Source of the DNA: the human T2T-CHM13v2.0 reference genome, Homo sapiens
Length of the DNA: 64,000 nt
NCBI RefSeq assembly: GCF_009914755.1
Contig: NC_060927.1
Reading direction: 5' to 3' (one strand)
Part shown: one piece after another, positions 15,701 through 29,992 of the stretch
Layout: the number at the start of each line of letters is the position of its first letter
How positions within the stretch are numbered: position 1 is the stretch's first letter
Program-made: the position numbers and the translations under genes
Notes under the pieces: model-generated
Seen by the model: the letters and a program-made list of their open reading frames with translations, nothing else
What the model was told of the DNA's origin: nothing
Databases searched by the model: none

Positions 15701-17318
15701 CATTTTAGAACAAATGAACCTAGCAGACATACAAAAGACTCCATCCAAAAGCAACTGAATGCATATTCTTCTCAAGCATACACAAAGCATTCTCCTGAAT
15801 AGATCATATGTTAATCCACAAAACAATTGTTAAGTTTTAAAAGATTGTAATCATATTAAGCATATTTCTGACCCACAGTAGTATAAAACTAGAGATCAAT
15901 AACAGGAAGTATACTGGAAAATTTACAAATATGTGAAAATTAAACAACACATTTCTGAAAAACCAATGGGTCAAAAAAATTAAAAGATAATTAAAAAAAT
16001 ATTGAGCCAAAAGAAAATGGAAACACAACATACAAAAACACATGGGATGCAGCAAAATCATTTCTAAGGGAAAAGTTTAGAGTGATAAATTCCTATGTGA
16101 AAAACAAAGAGACATCTCAAATAAACAACCTAACTTTACATTTCAATGAACTAGAAACATAACAAACTAAGCCCAAATTTAGCAAAAGGAAGGAGATAAT
16201 AAAGATCAAGGAAGAAATAAAATTTGAGAAGAGGAAACCAATAGAAAAGATCCACAAAACTAAGAATTACTTTTTTTTAAAAAAAGGTAAACAAAATTGG
16301 CAAACCTTCACTACACTAAGGAAAAAAATACAGATTTAAATAAATATGATCAGAAATAAAAGAGGAGAAATTAGAACAGACACCACAAAAATAAAAGTAT
16401 CATAAGAGGCTAATATAAACAATTATATGGCAACAAATTAGACTGCCTAGAATAGAAAAATTCCTAGAAACAAACAACCTACAAAGTCTGAATCATGATG
16501 AAACAGAAAATCTGAATAGACCAATAACAATTACAGAGATTCAATCATTAATGTAAAATCTCTCATAAAAGAAAAACCTATGACCTAATGGCTTCACTGG
16601 TGAATTATATCAAACATTTCAAGAATAATTAATAGCTATTATTTTCAAACTCTTTCAAAAAATTAAAGAGGATGATGTATGTCCAAACTCATTTTACTAG
16701 GCTGGCATTACTCTAATAAAGCCAGACAAGGACACCATGAGAACAGAAAATTTCAGGTCAATATCTCTGATAAACATAGATGTAAAACTCTTCAACAAAA
16801 TACTAGTGAACCAAATTTAACAGCACATTAAATGGATCATACACTATGATCAAGTGGTATGTATCACTGGGGTGCAAGCCAAACACAGAAGAACATATAC
16901 CGCAGCACCTCACTTAAACATGGAATCTAGAAAAGTTGAACTCATAGAAACAGAGCACAGAAGGATCGTTACCAGGGGTATAGAAATGGGGAAAATGGGT
17001 AGATGTTGATCAAAGGGAACAAACTTGTTAGTATAAGATTAATAAGTTCTGGAGACTTTATGTACATACGGTGACTATAGTTGATAATAATATATTGGAT
17101 ACTTGAAATTTGCTGAGAATGTAGATTTTTCATATCCTTACAACACACACAATAAAATGTAACTATGTGAGAGATATGCATGTTAATTAGCTTGACTGTG
17201 GTAACCATTTCACTATATATATATATATATATATCTGAAAACATCACATTGTACACCTTAAATATATACAATTTTTACTTGTTAATTATGCCTCAGTAAA
17301 GCTGGGGTGGGGAGAAAA
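12764..17318 (+). mobile_element. Long, degenerate L1M: 5' region, ORF1, intergenic spacer, ORF2 endonuclease/Z region, internal deletion, L1MA9-like 3' end
   Basis: ORF1-like peptides in the track (ICELEDISFENI..LQHLWNNIKKAN; LFKEIMAEIFPNLARDVNIQV); ORF2 EN motifs (AATTTATATGCACCC, ATAGTAGGGAACTTCAATACCC, TCTGACCCACAG); 3' end TACTTGAAATTTGCTGAGA...GTAAAGCTGGGG. The 5' boundary is approximate. Confidence 0.88.
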
Positions 17319-18063
17319 CCTCTAATGTTTAACTTAAGTACAGGACAAAAAACTAGCCTATACATTTTGGTCTGGACAATTTGCCCATCTTTGTCCTCTC
17401 ATGACCTCCAGATGGTGACCTTACTATTCAGTGGATGCAGAAGCAAGATAGATGACCTTTCAAGTTTAGTCTTTGCCATAATGCCTAACCCAGTCTAAAT
17501 GGTGCTGCACTCAAATGATAGTTTTGATAACAGTGTTACATGGGGTCAATCATCATTTTTGCAAACGACTTGAGTAATTTTTTTTCTTGATACTTAAATG
17601 ATAGTTCCAACACAGGTGATTCTCCTCCAAAACCATAATGAGTATGAGTCTGTTGAATAAATGTATACCTATACTTTAGTGAGCATAGAATAATATTTTT
17701 AAACTCTTTATATTGTTGTTTATTACTATTTCTTAAAACCTTATACGTAGTCTAGTTTTACTGTGGATTATTTTCCTTGTGTCCTGGGATTGATATTTAA
17801 TTTCTTTGCTTTTCTTCACACTTTAGTTATAATTGTTATACATTTAGAACATTTAATCTGGATTTTTGTACCATTCAGTAAAAGTAGTCAAACTTCCCAA
17901 ACTTTAGCCCTGTTTTCTCCTTACCCATAAGCTAGGAATCAATATCAGAATCAGAGATAAAAGTTTGTACCCCCTCCCCGTCTGTATTGAGCTGCTCATG
18001 CATTTAAATAATTCCATTAATTAATGGTAACAGTAACTTTGGACATAAAGATCAAATTAGCAG

Positions 18064-18092
18064 ATATATATAATGAACATATATATATAATG

Positions 18093-18135
<43 letters not shown>
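18064..18135. repeat. (TA)n microsatellite with a duplicated ATATATATAATGAAC unit
   Basis: Direct reading. Confidence 0.95.
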
Positions 18136-18137
<2 letters not shown>

Positions 18138-18469
18138 TTATTAGCTTAACTGTGAACCCTGATGAGGAATGTGGTATGATTTGTTGATTTTATGCCTTAA
18201 TGATCATGTGTTCTGGCTGCCTGAGTCATTTTCTTTTAAATGATGTATTTGTGCATTCCTTCATACTTCCAGAGTTCTTCTAAGTTATAAACACAGAAAA
18301 ATGCTACAGAGCCCTGGTACTGCATTCCACATGTTTCCTTATGATGTGTGAAAGGTGTCGAATTGTCATTTTCTAAGCTTATGTTACAGAGTAGGTTTTT
18401 GGTAGCTGTAAGTCTAATTATTCCTTCTGAATATTTAAATACTGAAATAGGCCACTTAAAAAAAAATAA

Positions 18470-18792
18470 GACTGGGGAGGTGTGGTGGGTCATGCCTGTA
18501 ATCCCACTACTTTGGGAGGCCAAAATGGGAGGATCACTGGGAGGACTGTTGAACCTGAGTTCACAACCAGCCTGGGCAACATAGTGAGACCTCATCTCTA
18601 CAAAAAAAAAAAAAAAAAAAGCCAGCTGTGATGGTGTGCACCTGAAATCCCACCTACTGAGGAGGCCAGGGTGGGAGAATTACTTGAGCTTGAGAGGTGG
18701 AGGCTGCAGTGAGACATGAGTGTGCCATTGTACTCTAGCCTGGGTGATAGAGTGAGACCCTGTCCAAAAATAAATAAAATAAATAAATAAAA
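18470..18792 (+). mobile_element. AluJ (Jo-like) with expanded central A-tract and (TAAA)n tail
   Basis: CATGCCTGTAATCCC...CCAGCCTGGGCAACATAGTGAGACC; GAGGCTGCAGTGAG; A-run 18602-18620. Confidence 0.92.
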
Positions 18793-20587
18793 CCAATACT
18801 TTCTACTACAAATATATTCATTATTCATTCATAACGCTTTGATTATGATGAGAACACTTGTCTTAAGTGACAATATGTTCTTCAATGTTATGTTAATTTC
18901 GGCCCACCTGAATAGGATATTTCAAAGAAAAGTATTAAAATGGAAAATCTTAAGTCTAATTGATAATAATAAGAAACATATTACCTTGTGAATGTCCCAC
19001 TTTGTCACAGTGTTTTGATTTATTTTATGCCATAAGACCATCTGAGACATTTGTCGCACATTTAACGCTGGAGGGTTTTAAGTGATGGATATTTGCTAAG
19101 TCTGATTTAGTCAATTATTTACTTCAAACTGGCAATTTATTAATCTTTCTTTTATGCAGCAATAACATTTATTTACTGGAAAAACTGAATGCAAATAGTG
19201 TATGTGTCCATTAGTATCAAGTTTATATTTCTATTGTCAACTGGAATATTTTTGTTTAGTATGACAATCTGGAAAACAGGTTGATAAATTCTGTGAGATT
19301 GGGTCACCGTTAGGTAGCTCTCACAATATAGATATGATCAAAGATGAGTATTTGAAATTCACTAGTTTATGTTAATGAACATTCTTATAGAGGCTGCCAG
19401 GGGGACAGCTTCTATTGGAATTACCTTTTGTGAATCCTCCTCATTACGGGGTAAGTTCTTACTAAAGTGAATAATTATCTTTCATTCCAGAACTACAGTG
19501 TCAGGCATAATGAGTGGATTGTTAATACATTTTTCAAGGTAGCGCCAGTCTTCATCTGTAGCCATTAATTTGGTGACAGCCAATAATTATTTTAACTGGC
19601 CCCTGATGCTGAAATGCACAGATTGTTTTCTTCCTGTGTGGTGCAGGGAACACTTCTAAATTTCTGAGAGGTTTCTGTCACTTCCCAAAGAATTTCCTGA
19701 CAGCAGTGACATTTGGTCTAATCATTTATTCCCTCAGTTTCATGACTTCCCTGCGGTGGCTCTCATAGTCAGGAAAGCTTCTGTTGTTTTGGAACCACAG
19801 CTACAAACATCTGCTGCCAATATTTTGCTTAAAGTGTTGCAACTTTCCTTAAAAAAGGAGACCCCCTTCTTTTTATGCTTTTAGTTATTTTCCTTAAAAT
19901 AATGTTAAACTCTTAAGAAGTTTCATAGAGGTGGACATCTAAAATTATTAATGAGGAAGCTTTTAAAGATAGAACTGGAATTTGATTATCAATAGTCCTC
20001 AGGAAAAAAAGAGAAAATAATAATAAAATAATAATTAGAATAATATTGAAATGTTTATAAAATGTTATCTAAAAAATAATAAAAATGAACTCATTTTTAC
20101 TTTATAAATGACTCAGTTATAATAAAAACTACTCAGAACAAACACACCAAAATGATAATAGTCATTGGTCTCAGCAGTAGAGATACAGATTTCTTCTTTG
20201 TGTTCTGTACTTTGCAAATATTATAAAATAGTTATTACTTAGAAAAAATTGTTTGAAATGCTAAAATAATGGACATCTACTAAACACGAAATACAAAAAA
20301 ATTGCCAAAACATAATATCTTCAAAGATTTTCAATATATAATCTTACTATAAAAATTTTATCTATAACATTTATACCAGTTACCTATCACTATTGAATAT
20401 ACTTTGAAGATTATGCAGGAATATTTCTTAATTCTCTATAGTTTCCATTTGTCTGAGGGTTTTTTCCTTATTCCTATCCTTCTCCCTTTCTCTTTCTCCT
20501 CTATATCTGCACTTTTAATATGAAACTGTAAGGAAAAGAAAATTAGATTGGAGATCTCTATGGGGCAACAGCATATCGGCTGAGTTC

Positions 20588-21103
20588 AGCATTTCAAATT
20601 TTTGTTCTCAGGTCTCCTTTACACTCTTATGATTATCAAGAACACCAAAAACTTTTTGTTTATGTTGGTTATACACATCAACATTTGTCATATTAGAAAT
20701 TTAAAATGACAATTAAAAGTTACATTAAAAATGTACTTAAAAGACAATAAAAGCATTGAAAATCAATTAAAACAACATTTTATTAAAAACAACCATATTT
20801 TCTAAACAAATGAAAGTATTTGTGAGAAGGGTGGGCTTATTTTACATTTTTGAAGATTTCTTTAATGTTTGACATAATAAAACACGGCTAAATTTTCTTA
20901 AATCCTTCTGCATTTCCTATATCACATATCATGTAGACTCTAAAAGAACTTCATTCTACCTGTTAAGAATGAGGATTTTTGAAAGAGTAAAAGAAGACCA
21001 ATAACATCTTAGTAGTTTTATGGAAAAATTTTGACTTTGTGAACCACTCGAAATGGTCTCAGAGATACCTGAAGGTCCTCAGACCACACTTTGAGAACTG
21101 CTG
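20588..21103 (-). mobile_element. Charlie1b-like hAT DNA transposon
   Basis: Ends CTCAGGTCTCCTTTACACTCTTA... and GACCACACTTTGAGAACTGCTG; ~515 bp. Confidence 0.78.
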
Positions 21104-21139
21104 GCATATGATAGATATATTTTATTTTTGTACCTAGAC

Positions 21140-21700
21140 AGCATTCCATTTTAATGAATGTACCATATTTATATAAACTGCTCTGCAAATGAATGAATAT
21201 TTGTATTGCTTTCAGGTTTTTTTTCTATTACAATGTTGCAATGAATGTCCCTATAAAATATATTTGCTCCCATGCATGGATTTATGTATATGATGGACAC
21301 TTAAGAGTGAAGTCCAGGGTTAAAAGTTATGCATATTTTAAAGTATGATGTATTGACCTCCTAAGAAAAAGATTCTGTAAATGTTTAATTTCACCAAAAC
21401 AATACAAACTCTTGTTTCCTAGCTCTTCAAAATACTAGGAAAGTATAAATTTATATGCTCTGCCAAGGTAAAAGTTAGACAGTGTCATGATATTGTTTTA
21501 TGATTTTCCTCTTTACTAATGAGTTTGATCATTTTTCATTCATGTATTGTTCAATTATATCTCTTTCATCATTTACCTGTGCTTCCAGTTTTTTTATTAT
21601 TTTTCTCTTGGGTTGTGTATTTTTATGTATTGACCTGTTGACACTCTGTATATTAACCAAATTAGCCCTCGATTTGTTGTGTGCCTCACAAATTTTTTTC
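21140..21700 (-). mobile_element. Ancient L1ME-like fragment
   Basis: CATTCCATT...TGTACCATATTT, CTATTACAATGTTGCAATGAATGTCC, TACTAATGAGTTTGATCATTTTTCAT. Confidence 0.6.
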
Positions 21701-23012
21701 TTAATCAGTACATTTAATATTTTCAGTAGACCATTCTCAATATAATGACTTGGAATGTTAGTAATGTACACATTTCATAGACTATGCCTCTTTTCTACGT
21801 TTTTTATTATTTCAGGAATAGTAAAATTAGAGGAATTGAATAAACAAAACTATTTTAAAACTTGTCAATTAAGTTTGTTCAGAATACGATTTGTTTCCCA
21901 GTATTAACTCTGGACATCCAGATATAGACAGGTTATAAGCTTCTGATTACATGACCAGTGTAGCTAGTTTAGATTCACCTTCACAGAGTATGTCTACCAT
22001 GTACTGCACCTTATTTGATATAATTTAATAGCTCAATAGGTATTAGCTGAATGAATGAATAACAATAATTAGTAGTGACATTAATTAAACACTCCTTTTC
22101 TCCACCTCTGTTTACTGGAAATAATGCTTTTAGATATAGAGATCTTTTGAGACTATTCTGTGGTTTCAAAAAGCTCATCAGGAAATGATGTTTTCTATAA
22201 TTGGAGTAATCTATCAAAATAGATGAATTCTAAAATTATAATAATTCCTGAAATTGTCCTGAGGCAAAATTTGTTCTACTTTCATAAGTGTTTCCATTTT
22301 CTTGTTAGGAAGAAGAGACACAATCTGAAAACCAAGTCTAATTTTCCCATAGGTGTAAAAGAGAAGACCTTAGTAATTACTTGTCTTTTTCATCCAGCCA
22401 CTTAGTGTCTTTTCTTATTTTTGCTAATGACTGCAAAAAATGAAGATCTCCACAAGGAGAAAATGTTCTCCCCTTAGAATGGCTGTTCTTAGACTTGAGT
22501 TACACTTTTACCATCATCTAATTTTTGCAATATTTTACATCTTTGCCCAGTAAAATGAGGTTCCTAAGTTAAAAGATTTTTGAGCATATTATTTTGAAGT
22601 TGCTGTTTTCAGTGCACCATTCACATTATTGTCATTATTAATTGCATTCTGGGACCAAATCTATTTTGAAAAATGTTTTTCTTGCATCTTGGATAAACTG
22701 AATAAGCAAAGAAAGCTACTCCTGAAACTTGTCATTAAAGTTTTCTTTAGAATACAATTCATTCATCAGTACTAACTGTGAGCATCCAGATATAGACAGG
22801 ACATAAACATTTGAATATGTGGCCATGTAACTAATTTGAGCTCACCTTTTTAGAGTGTTTCTACCGCACACAAGACCTTATATGAAACGATTTAATGGCT
22901 CAATAAACGTTTATTGAATGAATGAATAACAGTAATTACTATTATTATTATCTACAACAATACTTGCAAGTCTTCTGTCTTTTTGCCTTTTCTTTCATTT
23001 CTTTTTCCCCAG

Positions 23013-23457
23013 TGATAGGCTAGATAATTGCATCCCAGAGATGTCCATGTCGTAATCTCCAGAACGTGTGAATATCTTGCCTTACTTAGGAGGTGTGATT
23101 AAGTTAAGAATCTTTAGATGGGAAGATTACCCTGATTCTTTCAGATGAACCAAGTGTAATTGTTAGGATCGTTATAAGAGGGAAACAAGAAGATCAGAGT
23201 TAGCAGTAGATGTGATGATGAAAAGAGAGATTATAGTGATGTGAGGAAGGGGCTGCAAGCCAATGAATGTAACAGCTTCTAGAACCTGAAAAGGCAAGGA
23301 AGTATATGCTTGCCTAAAGCCTCCAGAAGGAACAGGGCCCTACTGATATTTTAATTTCAGAATTCTGACCTCCACAAAAGTAAGAGAATAGATTTGTATT
23401 GCTTTAAGCCACTGAGTTTGTAGAAATTTGTTACAACAGCCATAGGAAACTAATATA
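23013..23457 (+). mobile_element. MLT1D-like MaLR solo LTR
   Basis: TGATAGGC...AGATGTCCATGTCGTAATCTCCAGAAC...TTTAAGCCACTGAGTTTGT...GGAAACTAATATA. Confidence 0.85.
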
Positions 23458-24100
23458 CTTCTTTTACTCCAATTTCTTTCTGTATTCCATGCCATTAGAT
23501 ATTGCCTCCAGAATCAAGCATCTATGATAGTGCTTAGCACTTAAATTGGATGATACATTTAAGTTCAACCCTTGTGTCATAGTGGATTGGATTTTACTCT
23601 TTATAAAATGTATATTGTGAACTTCTATTAACTCAAGGTCTTTTCTGTTTTTGTCACGAGAACGTAAATACATTCAAATGAAAATATGCTGCATATTTTT
23701 AGAAGACAAATTTTCCTTGAACTTGATCCTTATAGAACTTAACTCTGTTTACTGGAAAGTAATATTAGAGTTTAAAATCTAGAGATAGCGGATCATATAG
23801 ATAAGCAATGCAGGATTTCAGTGATTTCTATGGTCACCAGTACAGGTGTGATCTTAAAACATCGACACTATTGAACTGAATTCATAGGTATGTATTTAGC
23901 TTGCATTTGTTTATTCCAGTAGCCACTGAGGTGTATTTCTTTGTTTATAATCTATAATCAAAATCCTTTGCTATGACATACAAAAAATGTATCGAGCCAC
24001 GGACGTTGACCAGGGTTTTCTTCCTTCATTAGTTGAAAATGAACTGTATCTGCTATTGTTTATCTGGGGAATAAAGAGCCAAATGTTAAAAGTTGCCTTC

Positions 24101-24408
<308 letters not shown>

Positions 24409-25237
24409 TTAGTCTGTTCACAGTATAATTTTACATCTGGGGGATAAGAAAAACTGTTGACTGAAACATTTTCTACATTTTTTCTTTGGTTCATATTAAA
24501 ATATGTAGTTTTACATTATTTGCTTTTGGTAGAAGTTCTGTCTCTATCAAGAAGAGTGGAAGAGTGCAAATAGATGTACAAATTCCTTGGTTATATAAAT
24601 ATTATTCTAATTGTAAAATAACTGAACATTTTTACTGAGGTGTGCTGAGAAAGCTCTTTGTTTTTTTGTTGTGTTTTGTTTTGTTTTGTTTTGTTTGTGC
24701 CTATAATCTGTTCCCATGGGGACCTGCACAATCCATGATTCTGATAAAATGAAGAGCAGTGGAGAGTTACAACTTATAAAGCAGTTATGACTAGGCTAGT
24801 CAATAAAGTCTCAAAATCAGCTATTAGAGTACGGTATTTAAGGTTTGTTAGAGAACACAGAGTATGGAAACATTGCCATTAACTAATGTGTAATTTGGTC
24901 ACATTTCCTGATAAGATAATAAGACTTTTTGCTTTCCTCTAATCTAAACTTTCTCCAGGAAGTTATGCAACATAAAGCACTGTGATTAATATTGCCACTG
25001 AATAATGTAAATGTATTTTCTCAAAAGAAATGAATCCCATTAATGGGACTGAACACAGTCTTCAGTGGAAGGTTCAGATTTTTGATTCAAACAATCCAGC
25101 ATTTCCATCCATTTACTAATTATATGATTTGAGTAAGTTATTTCAAATCACTAAGACTTATTTATATAATCCATGAAATGCAAGTAATACTGTACCTTTA
25201 CTGAAGAAGTTAAGGAATTAAATGAGGTATTGTATCT

Positions 25238-25590
25238 GCATTAGTCTAAATAAGATAGATCATATTGTGGTAATAAGTAATTCTTCAAATCTTAGTGGCT
25301 TAACACTTAAAAAGTGTTATTCTTTGTTCATATTAGAAAGTTAAGATGTTGTTGGCTCTGCTGCACAGTTATTCAGAATCTTGTGAAAAGGAGACCACAC
25401 CATCTATAGAAATTGCAGCCTCTGAGGACATGATAGCAGGAGATCAGAGATGAAAGGAGAACACCAGCCTTCAAGGCTTAGCTCAGAAGTAACACTTGTC
25501 ACATTTGGTAGTTTATAGGCCATGGAGGCTCATGTTTATAAGGAAAGACTGGGAACATGGATATTGGTAAGCACAGTCCTTCCTACAACA
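25238..25590 (-). mobile_element. Old MLT1 (I/J/K-like) LTR remnant
   Basis: CAAATCTTAGTGGCTTAACAC, GCTCAGAAGTAACACTTGTCAC motifs. Confidence 0.5.
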
Positions 25591-26019
25591 TCTAAAATGC
25601 TTAGCAAGATGCCTGGCTCATAAAATACCTCAGTAAATGTTGTCTTTTTCACCATCGCTATTATTATTTTAGAGGGAGTGCAAGTTGGTAGTTAAGAATC
25701 TGCCACTAACTCCATGACTTTAGGCAAACTTTTAAAACTTTCTGAATCTCCATTGTAAAAATAGGTCTCCCCTCATAAGACTGTTATAGTGACCAAATGA
25801 AATAAAGTGCTGCCATTTAGTAAGCCCTCTAAAAATATGGTAGTTTCATTGCTATCATGCATTTATATTCATTTTATCTATCAATTGGTTAAACCCAATT
25901 AAATGCCTACATATGTGTGTTTTTATTATAACAGTGTTGAGATTTCCTCATTTTTATTAATATGTATAAACTAATAAAACATTGATTTTCCTATTTGTGA
26001 CAAATATATTACAATTATT

Positions 26020-26935
26020 AATCATTCATTTGATAGGTATTTATTAGGTGTCTACTGTTTTCTAGAGGTAACAGATAAACAATGGACAAAATACATGAGG
26101 TTTTGCTCTCATAATATTTGAATTCTGGAGCAGTGAAGAGTAAATGAGGCAAAAATCAACAACATAAAAATAAACTGTAATTTCAGGTTCGAATAATTCC
26201 TATGAATTTATTTTAAAAAGGAGGATTTGGTTAAGACTGACTGGTTAAGACTTACATTTTGATAGTCAGAAATGCCTTTTCTGAAGAAGCAGTGTTTCAG
26301 CTGAGATATGAATGATGTAAAGATATTTGAGAGGAAAGATTTCCTTTCTGGCAGAGGGAATTCCAAGTGCAAAGGTTCCAAAGCAAGAACACTGTAACTA
26401 GTTCAAATGTAATTAAAGCAAAAGTGAGCAACAGTCAAGAGTTGTTAGAAATGAGACTGTAAAGATAAGTAGTGACCTTTTTGTCTATGAAAAAAAGTTT
26501 GATTTTTTTTTTTCGATATTTGATGTGGAACTATTCAAGGTTTTCAAACAGGAAAGGGATGTGATCTGATTTTTGCTTTGAAAGATCATTCTGACTATGT
26601 ATGGAAGAATGATCTTTATAAAGAATGGTTCCTTTATAAAAGGGACCATTGCAGAATTCCGAAAAGAGATGGTGGTAATTTTGAATGAATTATTTGGTGG
26701 GGGGATATGGATAGAAGTGGAAGATTTGGGATATATTTTGAAGGTAGAGTTAATATATTTTGAATAAGGTAGGTAAGAGTTTAGAGCTGAAAGAGGACTA
26801 GATTTAGGGCTTCAGCCACTGGGTGGATGGTACTGTGATGAAGGCTGGGGAAAGAATGGGCTCTTTATGGGATATCAAGAGACATACTTTGCATCTGTTA
26901 TTTCCAGATACCTCTTAAACATTTAACTGACTGTC
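26020..26935 (-). mobile_element. L2 LINE fragment
   Basis: ATCATTCATTTGATAGGTATTTATTAGGTGTCTACTG (L2 3' end, antisense), AAGTGCAAAGGTTCC, TTTGAAAGATCATTCTGACT, ATATATTTTGAAGGTAGAG. Confidence 0.75.
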
Positions 26936-28038
26936 AGTCACATGCAAATCTTTTGGCCTTTCAAATAATACAATAATTTTAGTTTAGATTATGCCTATTT
27001 TTGAATGACTGCTTGTTATGAATGCTATTCAGCGATGTGATGACTCAATATATTTTCTTTTAGGTGCTCTGCTGCAAGAAAGTTTAAAGCATCTTAGTTT
27101 AGAAGCTCATAAATACTCTCTAAAAAAATGTGATAGAATTTACAAAGATAAGCTTATAAATCTAGGAAGATACATTTTACTTCAGAGTCAAAAACAAAAC
27201 AAAAAAATTTCATTGACAATTCATCCAACGCCCAAATGAATTGATTAGCCAAGAACAAAGAGGAATTTTTACTAATAATAGGTTTGTATAGCTTCCTTGT
27301 TTTAAAAAGAACTATGTTGTGGGTTTTTTTCTTCCCCTAATGAAATAAAATATTAGAGTGAAATTTTTAATTAGTTAAGTAGTTTGTTGCATTCTACCAC
27401 ATCCATGACCATCTGATATAGTACCCAGGAAGAAGTCAAAGATGCAAGGCGCCATATCGCATGACACACGATAACAAGGTAATGAAGAGTAAATACATTT
27501 GTCATTTCAGGGAAGTTATTTACATGACACAGCCTTGGGAAAGCCTGCTTGGGAGACATAAATGAATGAAGCTTTTTAGATTGATGAATTAAGTGTGCCT
27601 TTTTTGTTTTCAATAATGTCCAATAAAATAGTTTATATTGAGCAAGAGGTCTTCTTTTCTGATCTAAGACATAATGTTGTACAAGAGGTACATTGTGTGG
27701 ATACTTAATATGATGCACATTTGTTTACATATAACTTCTGCAAGGAGATATTAACTCCCAAGTTCTGGAATCTTTCTTTGTGCTTACTAGTTATGACTTT
27801 GTAACCCAGGGTCAGAGTTCCAATTTCAGCACACAAAGCCCTTGCCTTTGGCAGCTAAAGGCCTGTTATTATGGGCAAAGATTAAAATTACCCTAGGCCA
27901 AGATCTATAATTTTCTATATTAAGTCTTGAGTCAGTGCCACAATGCAAGTAAAGTGAAGTATCAATAACTCATTTAAAATTATTTTTCTCATGAAGCAGG
28001 CAGACTAGTCATTCTGTTAAATCCAGTAAAGGGCATAA

Positions 28039-28365
<327 letters not shown>

Positions 28366-29597
28366 CAATTTTGTGTTTTAAATGAAACACTGTGAACCTA
28401 TACAAGGGGATGTGGTCTTTCCCCTTTGTATTTTGTGTAGGGCTGGAACACTCATTCTCAATACAAAATAGAGCCAACTCTTTGTTCACCTTTTTTCTAG
28501 GTATCCCCCTAAGTCTCTGAATGAAGGAATTGATTGTTGTATTGTTTCTCAGTTTCTGTTGGACATTTAAAGAGAGAGGGTAGCAGTGCTCACAGAAGTT
28601 CTTCCCTTCAAAGGCAGCCTATGTGAGGTTTCACACAGCAGTCAGCCAGCGCACCTGGACAGTCAGGCATAGATGCATTTACAGGATCTTTCTCCAATCT
28701 GCCATAAGTCATTTTTCTTCCTATGCCTGTGCTGTATGAACTATGCCATTTAGCGGCCACGTGCTCCCTTACTCCTTTATAATTCACATTTAGCGTCAAT
28801 CCAGAGGTCTCTATTTTGTCTTTTCTTTCACTTGAAGCTTATGTATATAGTTATGATATGCTTTACATTTTGTCCAGGGATAACTATAGTTTCTAGGGCA
28901 ACTATAAAACTTGGGGAATCCAACAAAAAAGTCCAGGGGGTTAAACAATAATCTAAGCCTTTTATTTGTAAATCTTTGCATATCTGTGAATTGCTTTAAA
29001 ATGCTTCAGCCAAAAAGGGCAGGGATGCTGAATCAGACAATATGGACAAACCATGAATGCCTATGGAAACTACATGGTGAGAATATGGAGATTCATTATA
29101 CTATTCCCTCTGCATCTGTGTGTTTGAAAATTTCCATATAGAGAAATTATTTTTAAAAAATAAATATGTGAAAGCAACCATCCAGGGATGATTGAGCAGG
29201 TTTTTTGTTTGTTTTTAAACAGACTTGTAAGAGGTTTTTTTTGTTGTTATTAATAAGTTAGGCTCAAAAACATATGGGGACAAACTAAAACCTACATAAA
29301 GAGAAAAAGAAAACAATGCTACCATTTTTGGACATTGCTCAATTTCACATTGTGAATGCTAGAATTTGCTCCTTGAAGTGCAATTGGAATCATTTTCTAG
29401 ATCTTTTGTAAAATCACAAAGGATATTTTTGTGTTTATTAATATCTTTGCAGCCCCTTAGAGACCTTGACATTTTTTTCTTTAATACTACTAAAATAATA
29501 TCAGATATACACTCAGGTCTATTCCATTTTTGAATATTGTCTTTCACACATACTTATGCACATACAAATACACCACTCCTCCCCCTCCACCAAAGGA

Positions 29598-29598
<1 letters not shown>

Positions 29599-29635
<37 letters not shown>
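29599..29635. repeat. (TG)n microsatellite
   Basis: Direct reading. Confidence 0.95.
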
Positions 29636-29637
<2 letters not shown>

Positions 29638-29659
29638 TTCACATATAAAAGCAGGCCAA

Positions 29660-29992
<333 letters not shown>

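Noticed and set aside
28640-28667. REST/RE1-like GCACCTGGACAG
   Set aside because: Half-site spacing is 1 nt rather than 2, and the left half-site (TTCAGCACC) and right tail do not match
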